Shown here: piece after piece, positions 25,868 through 34,574 of the stretch
Numbering within the stretch: the first letter of the stretch is position 1
Layout of the letters: each line of letters begins with the position of its first letter
Sequence record: PZ445525.1
DNA: 44,362 nucleotides
DNA from: a phage
Direction: 5' to 3' (one strand)
Notes under the pieces: model-generated
The model's input: only the letters and a program-made list of their open reading frames with translations
Databases searched by the model: none
What the model was told of the DNA's origin: nothing
Program-made: the position numbers and the translations under genes

Positions 25868-26191
25868 TTACGCATAAAAGTTCGGGTCGCGTGCAACGTC
25901 TACCAAGTAAAGGTTGCTTATGCGGTTGCCGTAGTGCCCTGGAGTGCGCTGGCGGCACACAACGGCGAAGCCTGGAGGGATTGTATTGCCCGTCGCAATA
26001 ATCCACGCCACGCGTGCGCCAGACAGCGTCTTGCCGTTGTATTCGATACGTGTTCCGCCATCGGCAGTGTTAAGGTTGCCAATCTTGCCGCCTGTGGACT
26101 TCAGGCGGATGACGCCGGTTTTGCTGTCGTAGGAAAAAAGCTGATTGGTCATCGCCACTGAAAAGTCGATGGCGTCGAATGTAGTATTCAT
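25868..26191 (-). CDS. hypothetical protein (possible HNH/NUMOD4-like endonuclease)
   Basis: 107-aa ORF; pattern YDSKTGVIRL...GK...GY resembles NUMOD4/HNH homing endonuclease N-termini; ATGA overlap with upstream stop. Confidence 0.35.
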   Translation of the reverse strand: MNTTFDAIDFSVAMTNQLFSYDSKTGVIRLKSTGGKIGNLNTADGGTRIEYNGKTLSGARVAWIIATGNTIPPGFAVVCRQRTPGHYGNRISNLYLVDVARDPNFYA

Positions 26192-26898
26192 TTTAAATTT
26201 TCCTCGTTAACCGCTATCGCGAAGCCGCGCGGGGTGAGTGAGCGGATTAATTTTGTACGAGCGGATTTACCACCGAGGCGATTATACTGTTTAGAGTACC
26301 CTTTTTCAACGAAAACAGGTTTCTTCTCTGGCATACGGAAGCCGTTGCCGGTCCATAAGCAGGTCAGCTTCGGATATGAATCGCGGGCGTTGATGTATTC
26401 CGGGAAAAGCGGGTGTACGTCATCCTCCGGCAAATATCCCCCATACTCCCACGGGTCGAACGAGTGGTCCGGCTTGCGCCACTGGGTGGAAAGCACACTG
26501 CGCGGATTCTCAATCATATACGGCACTTCAAAGAAATCACCCAGGTAAGCGGCAATCTTCGCGGTGCGCACCGCCTTAAGCTGAAAAGCCGGGTCTTTTG
26601 CACGCTTGCGCGGGAAAGCTGGCGCGCCGCTCACTGCCAGATCCGTGCACGGAGGAAACGCATAGATGATATCTGGCGTACCGAAATCGCCATTCATCGC
26701 GCGGTCCACGAAGTCCAGATCGATAAACTCATTGCGATAGCGGATCCCGCGACCATAAATCCGGTAGTCAAGGTAAGACCCGTGATCGGCTTCGGCGTAG
26801 TTGAAGCAATAACACTTATGCCCCATCTCGGCAGCACGCTCAATCATCAAGCCGCTGCCGTCAAACAGTGACCAGATTGTCATTTTAGCAATAGTCAT
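26188..26898 (-). CDS. DNA C5-cytosine methyltransferase (short, orphan)
   Basis: motif I L-F-D-G-S-G, motif IV F-P-P-C-T with catalytic Cys, ENP region; ATGA overlap with helicase stop. Confidence 0.55.
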   Translation of the reverse strand: MTIAKMTIWSLFDGSGLMIERAAEMGHKCYCFNYAEADHGSYLDYRIYGRGIRYRNEFIDLDFVDRAMNGDFGTPDIIYAFPPCTDLAVSGAPAFPRKRAKDPAFQLKAVRTAKIAAYLGDFFEVPYMIENPRSVLSTQWRKPDHSFDPWEYGGYLPEDDVHPLFPEYINARDSYPKLTCLWTGNGFRMPEKKPVFVEKGYSKQYNRLGGKSARTKLIRSLTPRGFAIAVNEENLK

Positions 26899-28319
26899 TT
26901 GCGCGCCTTCTTAGCTTTCATGTATTCCATCAAGTCGTCCTGAATCCCACGCTTACTGTCGCGACGCTCGGCGACCAATTCATCCAGTGTACCGCGCGCC
27001 TGGATAATGTAGACGAATACCGGACGGGGGTGTCCAGCTTGCATCTGGCGAACCGGCCCGATACGTTCAACGATCTGCGAAAAGTGCTCAAAGTTCCAGG
27101 TATCGGAGAAGATTGCCAGGTGATGTCCGCCGTCTTGCAAGTTGAGGCCGTGGCCCGCCGATGCCGGGTGCGCAAACATGACGGGGATCTCGCCTCTGTT
27201 CCACGCTTCTATATCCTTATTTCCCTGCTTACCTTTACCCAACGCAACGCCGTGCGGAAATTTCTTCTTGAGACGTGCCAGGTCATGTTTGTATTGGTAC
27301 GCAACGAGCAACGGCGCACCGTTCAACTCCTCCACGATACTTTCCAGCGCGTCCAGCTTGGCGTCGTGAATCTTCTCCCACTCGTCGGTCCGTTCGCCAT
27401 CTTCGTCCACTTTGTACACGGCCCCGGATGCAAGCTGAAGGCACTTGATGGTCTTCGCCGCGGCGTTCGCCGCTTCCACTGTTCCGCTTTCCAGTTCGGC
27501 AAATAGCTCGGCTTCGAACTGGTCGTAAATCCGGCGGGCTTTCTTCGGCAGGTCCACGACAACCGGCGTATATATTGGCTTGTCACATCCGAAGTATTCA
27601 GCCGCGTCAACGGTGAGGGATACATCAGACAGGCGTTGTTGTATTTCTTTCTCGGAGTTCTTTAGCGGGGCGTGCTGCATAGTGAAGCTGCCAGGCTTAA
27701 CCGGCTTGCTAATGAACCAGCGGTCGGTAAATGCCTTATAGCTACTGCCGAGGCGTTCACCACCGTCGACAAACCATGTCTGACCCCATAAGTCTTTCAA
27801 GCCATTTGGTGCGGGTGTGCCGGTTAGGTTGATCCAGCGCTTGACGTGCTTATGCGCAATAGCCGCCAGCGCACGGGCACGCTTGCTTCCCTGCTTGCTG
27901 CGGTAGCCTTTCAGCTTAGTGGATTCATCGGCAACGACGACCGTAAAGGGCCACTCGTCGCCGCAATACTCAACAAGCCACTCAACCACATCGTAGTTGA
28001 CACAAACCACGTTAGCGTCGCTCTCAAGCGCAGCTATTCGGTCCTTCTCTGGTCCGGTGCCGTCTACTACCAGCAGGGCGGGGAAGCGCCATTTCTCCTG
28101 CTCCGGGGGCCATGTACCGGATGCAACGCGAAGCGGGGCCAGCACCAGTACGCGGTCCTCATGATGGGACAGGACGCCAGTCTGGAACATTTTATTCAGC
28201 GCCCACATTGTCGCGCCGGTTTTACCGGACCCCATTGTCGCCCAGATATTACATCGCTTATGCTTGAGGATGAACGCGGTTATCAACTTCTGATATTCGC
28301 GGCGTCGGAATCGTGCCAT
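26895..28319 (-). CDS. SNF2-family helicase
   Basis: motif I M-G-S-G-K-T, motif II V-A-D-E-S-T, motif III L-T-G-T-P; start taken at MARFRRREYQ (28319) rather than the longer ORF start. Confidence 0.7.
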   Translation of the reverse strand: MARFRRREYQKLITAFILKHKRCNIWATMGSGKTGATMWALNKMFQTGVLSHHEDRVLVLAPLRVASGTWPPEQEKWRFPALLVVDGTGPEKDRIAALESDANVVCVNYDVVEWLVEYCGDEWPFTVVVADESTKLKGYRSKQGSKRARALAAIAHKHVKRWINLTGTPAPNGLKDLWGQTWFVDGGERLGSSYKAFTDRWFISKPVKPGSFTMQHAPLKNSEKEIQQRLSDVSLTVDAAEYFGCDKPIYTPVVVDLPKKARRIYDQFEAELFAELESGTVEAANAAAKTIKCLQLASGAVYKVDEDGERTDEWEKIHDAKLDALESIVEELNGAPLLVAYQYKHDLARLKKKFPHGVALGKGKQGNKDIEAWNRGEIPVMFAHPASAGHGLNLQDGGHHLAIFSDTWNFEHFSQIVERIGPVRQMQAGHPRPVFVYIIQARGTLDELVAERRDSKRGIQDDLMEYMKAKKARK

Positions 28320-28323
28320 ATCT

Positions 28324-28542
28324 TTATTCCGCCTTTTTCCAGACTTCTGTCTCACTATCCCAGTTCCTCTTTGTGGCGTCGTAGTTGGTGGCGTGTCCGA
28401 CGTGAACACCGGTAGCCCGGAAGCTCTTAAATCTTTGCCAGCACACCATCAACGGCAGCGGGTAGTTCATGCCTGAGATAAACCATACGCGATCGCCTGG
28501 TTTGCATTCTCCCAGCTTGGTGAGTCGGTAATGTTCTTTCAT
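28324..28542 (-). CDS. hypothetical protein
   Basis: 72-aa ORF (alternative start 28548) with RBS ggaga. Confidence 0.4.
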   Translation of the reverse strand: MKEHYRLTKLGECKPGDRVWFISGMNYPLPLMVCWQRFKSFRATGVHVGHATNYDATKRNWDSETEVWKKAE

Positions 28543-28584
28543 CGTCATGTCTCCAAAAATGGCGGGACAAGCCCGCCGTATTGA

Positions 28585-28758
28585 TTATTCTTGTTCTGCA
28601 CGATATCGGCGCTGCCGTTCGCGCTCTTTTTTATTGCGGCACGATTTGCACTCGGCCCGATGCCCGTCCGGGCTGCGCGCAGTCTTACCGGTGTATTTGT
28701 GGAACTGAGACAGCGGCTTGATGCAGCCGCAATTACTACAACGTTTTTCTTCAATCAT
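28585..28758 (-). CDS. small zinc-ribbon protein
   Basis: 57-aa ORF with RBS gagga; C-S-N-C-G-C ... C-K-S-C cysteine pairs. Confidence 0.45.
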   Translation of the reverse strand: MIEEKRCSNCGCIKPLSQFHKYTGKTARSPDGHRAECKSCRNKKERERQRRYRAEQE

Positions 28759-28798
28759 TTCTAAAATCCTCGATAGCGCCAACCTGCACACTATACCG

Positions 28799-29077
28799 CT
28801 ACGCGACCAATTCAGCAACCAATAAATCGCAGTCGGCTATGTTGTCGATAACGCGAACGTCAGCACCGCGGCGGGCCATTCGCTCATGTTCACGTACCTG
28901 GTGCGGCTTCGGTTTTCCACCTGGGCGCTTCACTTCGACGAACACTATTTTGCCGTTAATGATGATAATCAGGTCGGGCGCACCCGCGTGCCCCTCCCAT
29001 GCCAGTTTTCGGCAGAATCCGCCAACATCTTTCACCCGTTTCATAAGGTGACTCTGCACCTTGCCTTCTGGGGTCAT
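28799..29077 (-). CDS. VRR-NUC domain nuclease
   Basis: G-A-P-D-L-I...V-E-V-K PD-(D/E)xK signature in a ~90-aa protein; adjacent to SNF2 helicase as is common in phages. Confidence 0.6.
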   Translation of the reverse strand: MTPEGKVQSHLMKRVKDVGGFCRKLAWEGHAGAPDLIIIINGKIVFVEVKRPGGKPKPHQVREHERMARRGADVRVIDNIADCDLLVAELVA

Positions 29078-31368
29078 TATTTTCTGTACCTATACATGAT
29101 GTCGCCTTCGGCGGCAAGTGGGAAGCCTTTCGCCCAAATAGGCAGGTCGCACATCAGCGCGCAAAGCTCCTCGGTCGTGTAGTCGTCGGTGTCCGGTACT
29201 TCTGTGATCAATTCGTCGTGTACAGACAGTACGATTTCATACCCAGCGGCTTCAACACCGGGCATGGACCATGCGAGAATATCGCGACACAACGCCTGTA
29301 CGATGTTCTCCGTAAGTTTGCCGCCGTAGGTGTACTGGAAACCCCACTGGCGCGTCGTCTGATTTTCGCCCTGGTATTTAATGCGGGTGCTGGTGCGCTT
29401 CTTGCCGGTGTCTTCGTCGATCTCGGTCGTGACCGACAGCGCGATGCCTGGGTAGCTCATGATGCGCCCGGACGGCAACTCAATTTTCAACCACCACCCC
29501 GCGGCGTTCGGGTCGTCGCGCTCCTCGTCGAAGGTTGGGTCGTGCTTCGCCTTCGTGCGCACAATCTTGAGCGCTTTCCTACCATCAGGGCGAACGTTCG
29601 CGCCAGCCCAGTATGCTTTGCCCGGATTGCGGATTGCACACAACACCGCGTCCTCAAGCTCGGCCCAAAAGGCTACCGTCTTCGGGTGAGCCTCACGCCA
29701 CATACGTTTGATCGCATCACAAGTCAGCCATACGTTTTTCGGCAGTATGTAAGTTGGGCGCTCGTCCTTCTTGCCGGGCTTCGGTGGGAGTTTCGCTTCG
29801 TTAATGCGGGCGTACTCATAGCCGCGTTTCGCCGCCGCCCAAATGTGATCCGGGAACGTGCCTTTCATCACGTCAGCCATAGTGTAAAGGTCGAGGCCCA
29901 GGTTTTTAGCGAACTGCAAGAATGCCGCGACGCCGCCACCATAGCCCAGACCCAATTCGCACGCCTTACCGATCTGGCGTAAGTCCTTGCGGTTGGCTTT
30001 AATGTAGTCCGGGTCTAAGCCGAACATCTTACCGGCAGTCTCGCAATAGATATCGCGCCCGGCCTTAAACACCATTAGCGCGGTTTTCTCGCCTGCTATC
30101 CAGGCAAGGCCGCGCCCCTCCACGTTGGAGTAGTCAGCTACAACAAACTTCTTACCCTTAGCCGGGATAATGCAGCCGCGTACGGTAGATGCTGTCAGCT
30201 TCGATATGTCGTACGCCCAGTGTGCGGTCCCGCGTAATAGGGAATTGATGCCGTTGGTGAGCATGTGCGACCGGACCCAAAACGACACGTCGCTTTCGCC
30301 CTCGCGGCGTTTAATCTTCCCTTCGTGGTCGTCGCTGTACTCGCCGCGCGCCAGGTTTTGAGGCTGAAAGCCTTTACCGGCCCAGCGTAGCGTGCGCTTT
30401 GCCCCACCATACTGAATGCAACCACGGCGGCGTCCATCGGCAGACAGGCCGTTGACGAGCGGATTGTACTTAGTCGATGCCGTTGATGACGCACCGAGAC
30501 GCATCTCAATCAGCGCTTTGCCCTCGTCGGGGAAGTCCGGATCTTCCAGTAGGTCGTTTAGCGTGGATTTCTGCGCGTTGTGGATCGTGAACGCCGGGGC
30601 GATATCTCGCAGGATTGGCAGGAAGTCGTTGCCGGTCAGTTTACCGCCGAACCGCTCCCAAGCCTCTTCCTTCAATTCTTCCTTATGCGCCTGCACCGCT
30701 TTGATCGCGGCGTTTGCCAGGTCAACGTCCACATAGAAGCCGCGGTCGTTAATCATCTGGTCGATAAGCAGTATCTCGTCTTCCTTAGGCGTGTTACCCC
30801 AGTCCGGTATGCGCCAGTAGACTTCACGCATCGCGATAATATCCAGCGCGGCATAGCGCAGAAATTTGGCCCACTCTTCTGGGTGAGTCTCGCGAGTGTA
30901 GCGGCGGATTTTGTAGGTCTTAGGGGTAGGCTTACAGAATCGTTTGATCAGCGCCTTGCCTGCCTTATCCTTCGCGTGCTCTGCGTCAACGCCCAGAACC
31001 TGACACTGCATATCGAGGCTACCCGGCAGCGCGTGGCGAAAGGCCATAATCATGGTATCTTCGATCTGGCTTACCGGCAGGTCAATACCCCACTTCTCGC
31101 GGATAACCAGGCGGTCAAACAGGAGGCCGTTAGCCATCACTATTTTTGCTTTCTTGCGGGATACCTGGCGGAGCGCCTTGCGCAGTTCACGCGGCATTGT
31201 TGGGGATTCAGTGGCATCCCATGTCTGCACGCGGCCCTCGTCGATGGCGTATGTGCAAATCATGATCTCGGTGGTTGGGTGCTCTGCGTAGGCATATGCG
31301 CCAACTTTCTTCAGGTCCACCCCGCTAAATGTCTCGGTATCGAGAAACAGGCGTTCGAAGTCTTTCAT
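29077..31368 (-). CDS. DNA polymerase I (family A) with 3'-5' exonuclease domain
   Basis: Exo I motif L-D-T-E-T-F; polymerase motif B R...K...LG..YG; motif C V-H-D-E; 763 aa. Confidence 0.85.
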   Translation of the reverse strand: MKDFERLFLDTETFSGVDLKKVGAYAYAEHPTTEIMICTYAIDEGRVQTWDATESPTMPRELRKALRQVSRKKAKIVMANGLLFDRLVIREKWGIDLPVSQIEDTMIMAFRHALPGSLDMQCQVLGVDAEHAKDKAGKALIKRFCKPTPKTYKIRRYTRETHPEEWAKFLRYAALDIIAMREVYWRIPDWGNTPKEDEILLIDQMINDRGFYVDVDLANAAIKAVQAHKEELKEEAWERFGGKLTGNDFLPILRDIAPAFTIHNAQKSTLNDLLEDPDFPDEGKALIEMRLGASSTASTKYNPLVNGLSADGRRRGCIQYGGAKRTLRWAGKGFQPQNLARGEYSDDHEGKIKRREGESDVSFWVRSHMLTNGINSLLRGTAHWAYDISKLTASTVRGCIIPAKGKKFVVADYSNVEGRGLAWIAGEKTALMVFKAGRDIYCETAGKMFGLDPDYIKANRKDLRQIGKACELGLGYGGGVAAFLQFAKNLGLDLYTMADVMKGTFPDHIWAAAKRGYEYARINEAKLPPKPGKKDERPTYILPKNVWLTCDAIKRMWREAHPKTVAFWAELEDAVLCAIRNPGKAYWAGANVRPDGRKALKIVRTKAKHDPTFDEERDDPNAAGWWLKIELPSGRIMSYPGIALSVTTEIDEDTGKKRTSTRIKYQGENQTTRQWGFQYTYGGKLTENIVQALCRDILAWSMPGVEAAGYEIVLSVHDELITEVPDTDDYTTEELCALMCDLPIWAKGFPLAAEGDIMYRYRK

Positions 31369-31535
31369 TGCTTAATCCTCACTACGGCGTCAGCGCTGCC
31401 GATCATGGAGAAGATGCCGTCAGACAGGGCAATCTCTTCGCCATTGTTGCGAATCTCTGCAACTGTAAAATATTCCCCTAGTAGCTTGGACCATACTTTC
31501 ATCCCGACTTTTACTTCGCTGGCTTTAATACGCAT
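31365..31535 (-). CDS. small hypothetical protein
   Basis: 56-aa ORF (MRIKASEVKVGMKVW...) whose TGA overlaps the polymerase ATG; weak RBS. Confidence 0.35.
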   Translation of the reverse strand: MRIKASEVKVGMKVWSKLLGEYFTVAEIRNNGEEIALSDGIFSMIGSADAVVRIKQ

Positions 31536-31550
31536 TTTTCATTGTCCTAT

Positions 31551-31574
31551 TAAAAAGCCCGCATTAAGCGGGCT
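31551..31574 (-). terminator. intrinsic terminator (minus strand) after SSB-like gene
   Basis: hairpin aagcccgc-ttaat-gcgggctt followed by TTTT on the minus strand. Confidence 0.5.
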
Positions 31575-31593
31575 TGAATAGTGGGCTTTGCCC

Positions 31594-32331
31594 TTAACGG
31601 CGGCGACGTGTACGTGGTGCTTCGTCTTCGTCTTCGTCGTCGTCCTCATCTTCGTCGTCATCGCGGCGCTTGGATTTCTTGGACTTGCGCGGCTTGTCAT
31701 CTTCATCATCGTCATCACGACGTTTTGACTTCTTAGCCTTGCGCGGTGCTTCGTCTTCGTCGTCGTTGTCCAGGTCTTCATCGGAGCAAGAAGACCCGCC
31801 ACCTCCGAAGGCTTCGCCGTCTTCACGGAATCGCAGACCCAGCAAGCCTGCCCCGAGTCCCTTGCCGTTGGTATTGTTCCACGCCCAAATATCAAGGGAC
31901 ACGTTGCAATAACAACCGGAGTAGATCTCCTGGCCTTCAATCTCGTCGCCGTCGACGGTCAGACCCTGTTCAGTCTGCTTCTCGCCTAGTGACGTTTGAA
32001 TGATAGGCTGTTTGAACGATTTGGCGTTGATGTACAACATGCCTTCGAATTCTTCGGTCACTTCGTCGCGCTCGTCGCCGTCGCGAACTGCACATTCCTT
32101 AGAATCTTGGGCGTAGTGGCGGTCCATCCACTTATCGGCATTCTTCTCGGATTTCAGCTTGTCGGTGAGCACTGCGCGTGCTGCCGCTTCCACTTTGTCC
32201 ACCTGCGGATCTTCTTTATCCAGAAGAATAACGGCACGGTATGCCGGTTTTTGTCCATCCTGTTTAGGGGTATCACGCTCCCAAATTTTCAGGAAGCATA
32301 CGCGCACATTTTTCAGGTTGACTTTAGCCAT
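31594..32331 (-). CDS. ssDNA-binding protein candidate (DUF2815-like) with acidic/basic repeat tail
   Basis: 245-aa ORF from MAKVNLKNVRVCF with RBS gagga; C-terminus has alternating K/R-rich and D/E-rich tandem repeats. Confidence 0.55.
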   Translation of the reverse strand: MAKVNLKNVRVCFLKIWERDTPKQDGQKPAYRAVILLDKEDPQVDKVEAAARAVLTDKLKSEKNADKWMDRHYAQDSKECAVRDGDERDEVTEEFEGMLYINAKSFKQPIIQTSLGEKQTEQGLTVDGDEIEGQEIYSGCYCNVSLDIWAWNNTNGKGLGAGLLGLRFREDGEAFGGGGSSCSDEDLDNDDEDEAPRKAKKSKRRDDDDEDDKPRKSKKSKRRDDDEDEDDDEDEDEAPRTRRRR

Positions 32332-32388
32332 TTTCCAATTCCTCATTTTCACATGTATCGGGGTTAATGGAAGCCACCCCGTTCGGCT

Positions 32389-32416
32389 TGGTTGCCAATT
32401 TACTTGGTTGCGCCTA
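32389..32416 (-). promoter_or_regulatory. candidate promoter with GCAACCAAG motifs for SSB-like gene
   Basis: minus-strand TTGACC, 17-nt spacer containing GCAACCAAG, TAAATT, second GGCAACCAAG immediately downstream. Confidence 0.3.
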
Positions 32417-32421
32417 AGCGG

Positions 32422-32664
32422 TCAAGCATTTTCATTAAAAAGATTTCTGGTCACGTAGTTGGTGGCGTTCTCGATCCAGCTTAACGGCGGGCGGTTGATG
32501 TTCTTCTCCACCCAATCGACGGCAGCTTCGCTATAGCCGTCATCCAGCCAGCGGGTCGGATGTCGAATCATCCACGCCACCATTAACACGCCTTGCACAC
32601 AATTCAGGATAAAGCCCAGCGCGCCGATAACAAACATCAATAAGATTGCGAACACTTTATTCAT
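32422..32664 (-). CDS. small membrane protein
   Basis: 80-aa ORF with two hydrophobic helices. Confidence 0.45.
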   Translation of the reverse strand: MNKVFAILLMFVIGALGFILNCVQGVLMVAWMIRHPTRWLDDGYSEAAVDWVEKNINRPPLSWIENATNYVTRNLFNENA

Positions 32665-34096
32665 TGCTTAAGTCCTCGTCAGTAGCTTCAGACCACGCAG
32701 GGCGCGGGTCGTCGATGGGCGCTAATACCGGTTTAGCCGGTGCGCGCGTGATTTTATCACACAGCTTCGCCCACACTTTCGGCTTCTCGTCCTTCAGTAC
32801 CTTCTCGGCATCCGTAGGACTGAGCAATGTTTCTTTGTACATCACATCGCGCTTGATCCGGGCCTTCGTGAAGATTTCAATCACTTCGCTTTCGTCCGCC
32901 CACTTGCGAATCCCTTCCTTACCGGCAACCATCTTGAGGCCCAGCGATTCGCCATCACCCGCCATTACGGCCTTGAATACCGCAGACTCGATAGCCTTGA
33001 TGTGCTGGCGCATTGCGTCAAGACCTTCATATGCCTTGCGCAGTTCCGCGGCGGTCATAGCGCCGGGGGACGCTTCTTTCTTACTACGCTTCTCACGTCG
33101 TGCCGCTTTGCGGGCTTCGCGGGCCATATTGCGGTCGTGATTGGCGCATTCTTCCTCGGTCGCGATACTCACGTCGTCGCCCAGGTCGTCATCAGTTGCC
33201 GTTGGTGGGGTCATCGTGTCGATTGCAGCCTTAGCGCGGGCGCTACACTGATCCGCAAATCTGCACCACTGACACGCATCAACGCTCGGTCGGAAGTCGG
33301 CACGGGTTAGTCCCTTTTTGCCGCGGGCGTACGCTTCCAGGGCGGCGATAGCACGCTTGGACGCAAACTTCGCGAATATCTCCAGCGCTTCCACTGAGAT
33401 ATCCCACTCCGACGCCCCGCCGCAATACGGCTGGAAGATAACCAGGCGCACGGTCGTAATGTCGTACATAGGTTTCAGCTTGCGCAGCAGGCCCAGCGCA
33501 TACAACATAAGCTGTTTGTTTTCTTTCGCCTCGACCTTGTGTCGCCCCGTCTTCAGGTCGCCAACAATGAGCATCGCTGAGTTATTTTCACCTGTAAAGC
33601 CTTCTACAACCGCCACTAAGTCGGCGGTTCCGAATGTCTTAACCTTGTTACCGTCTATCTCGAAGCCGGGGTGTAGGACGCGGGTTAGCTCGGCGCGCAT
33701 CTCAAGCTGAACAAACTCCGCCACTTCGAGGATCGGTCGCCAGTGGTCGATGTACGCGTCGCACTGTTTCACCATATCGTCGGTGACCAGTACGCCGCCT
33801 TTCGGCGCTTTCGGGTGCGCCTTTACTGGCCCCTTACCTTCGTTCTCGACGTAGCACCCTTTGTAAGTCTTCGCGGTTATCAGCTTTTCACCGGCAATGA
33901 TGCGGTTCAGCACCACTTCAGATACGGTGTGCATACTCGTACCGTTAATCGCCGCTTGCCCTGATTCGTTCGGGATACCTTGTTCTACCGCTAGGGCGGC
34001 AGGGCAACCCATCCATTTTTTAGCACCGGATGGGCCGAGTAATGAGTGTTCCGTGTTGCTACCGGATTGCGTTTTACGTTTTGGTTTAATAGCCAT
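32657..34096 (-). CDS. PD-(D/E)xK exonuclease (Cas4/RecB-like nuclease domain, DUF2800-like)
   Basis: V-G-D-L-K-T-G ... Q-L-M-L-Y nuclease motifs and C-terminal Cys cluster C-Q-W-C-x5-C; 479 aa. Confidence 0.65.
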   Translation of the reverse strand: MAIKPKRKTQSGSNTEHSLLGPSGAKKWMGCPAALAVEQGIPNESGQAAINGTSMHTVSEVVLNRIIAGEKLITAKTYKGCYVENEGKGPVKAHPKAPKGGVLVTDDMVKQCDAYIDHWRPILEVAEFVQLEMRAELTRVLHPGFEIDGNKVKTFGTADLVAVVEGFTGENNSAMLIVGDLKTGRHKVEAKENKQLMLYALGLLRKLKPMYDITTVRLVIFQPYCGGASEWDISVEALEIFAKFASKRAIAALEAYARGKKGLTRADFRPSVDACQWCRFADQCSARAKAAIDTMTPPTATDDDLGDDVSIATEEECANHDRNMAREARKAARREKRSKKEASPGAMTAAELRKAYEGLDAMRQHIKAIESAVFKAVMAGDGESLGLKMVAGKEGIRKWADESEVIEIFTKARIKRDVMYKETLLSPTDAEKVLKDEKPKVWAKLCDKITRAPAKPVLAPIDDPRPAWSEATDEDLSNE

Positions 34097-34275
34097 TATT
34101 CCACCCGTGTAAACTGGACAATTACATATTCCACATTAGCCATGCCCGCTTTTTCGACGCGGCGCTTGACCTCATTTTGCGCGTCCACAAAGCAATTGCT
34201 TGCGTTGGTGTTTTCAACAATAAAAGAGCAATGGTCGTCTAATTCGTGGCATGTCGCCAGCACGAAGAATTTCAT
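34096..34275 (-). CDS. small hypothetical protein
   Basis: 59-aa ORF (MKFFVLATCHELDDHCSF...) tightly coupled with 1-nt stop/start overlaps on both sides; below the 60-aa cutoff of the ORF track. Confidence 0.35.
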   Translation of the reverse strand: MKFFVLATCHELDDHCSFIVENTNASNCFVDAQNEVKRRVEKAGMANVEYVIVQFTRVE

Positions 34276-34526
34276 TATTTTGTCCCCCAGCGGTCAATCG
34301 TTCTTGCTTCGGATGCAACTGCGAAGCGAACATATTCCAGATTGGAGTCCGCCCAAATATAAAAGTCGGGATTAGTAAAGGTGGTGCGCTTAATTTGCGC
34401 GGGTGTGTTACGGCGTTTATCTATTACGGCAACTCGGGACTGAAAGCTGCCGATGCGTTCGAATAGCCAATAGTACGGGCGCTGGTCGCGGGAGTCCACC
34501 GCCTCAATTAGCGTGAAGCGTGCCAT
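34275..34526 (-). CDS. hypothetical protein
   Basis: 83-aa ORF in the minus-strand operon. Confidence 0.45.
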   Translation of the reverse strand: MARFTLIEAVDSRDQRPYYWLFERIGSFQSRVAVIDKRRNTPAQIKRTTFTNPDFYIWADSNLEYVRFAVASEARTIDRWGTK

Positions 34527-34537
34527 TGTCTCGTCCT

Positions 34538-34567
34538 CTAAAAATAGGCCCGCAGATTAGCGGGCCG
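34538..34567 (-). terminator. intra-operon intrinsic terminator (minus strand)
   Basis: minus-strand hairpin ccggcccgc-taatct-gcgggcc followed by TATTTTT, between the 34575-35084 gene and the downstream gene. Confidence 0.4.
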
Positions 34568-34574
34568 GATACTA

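Noticed and set aside
26895-28409. Longer helicase start at 28409
   Set aside because: It would fully overlap the independently plausible 72-aa gene at 28324-28542; SNF2 motif I follows closely after the internal Met at 28319.
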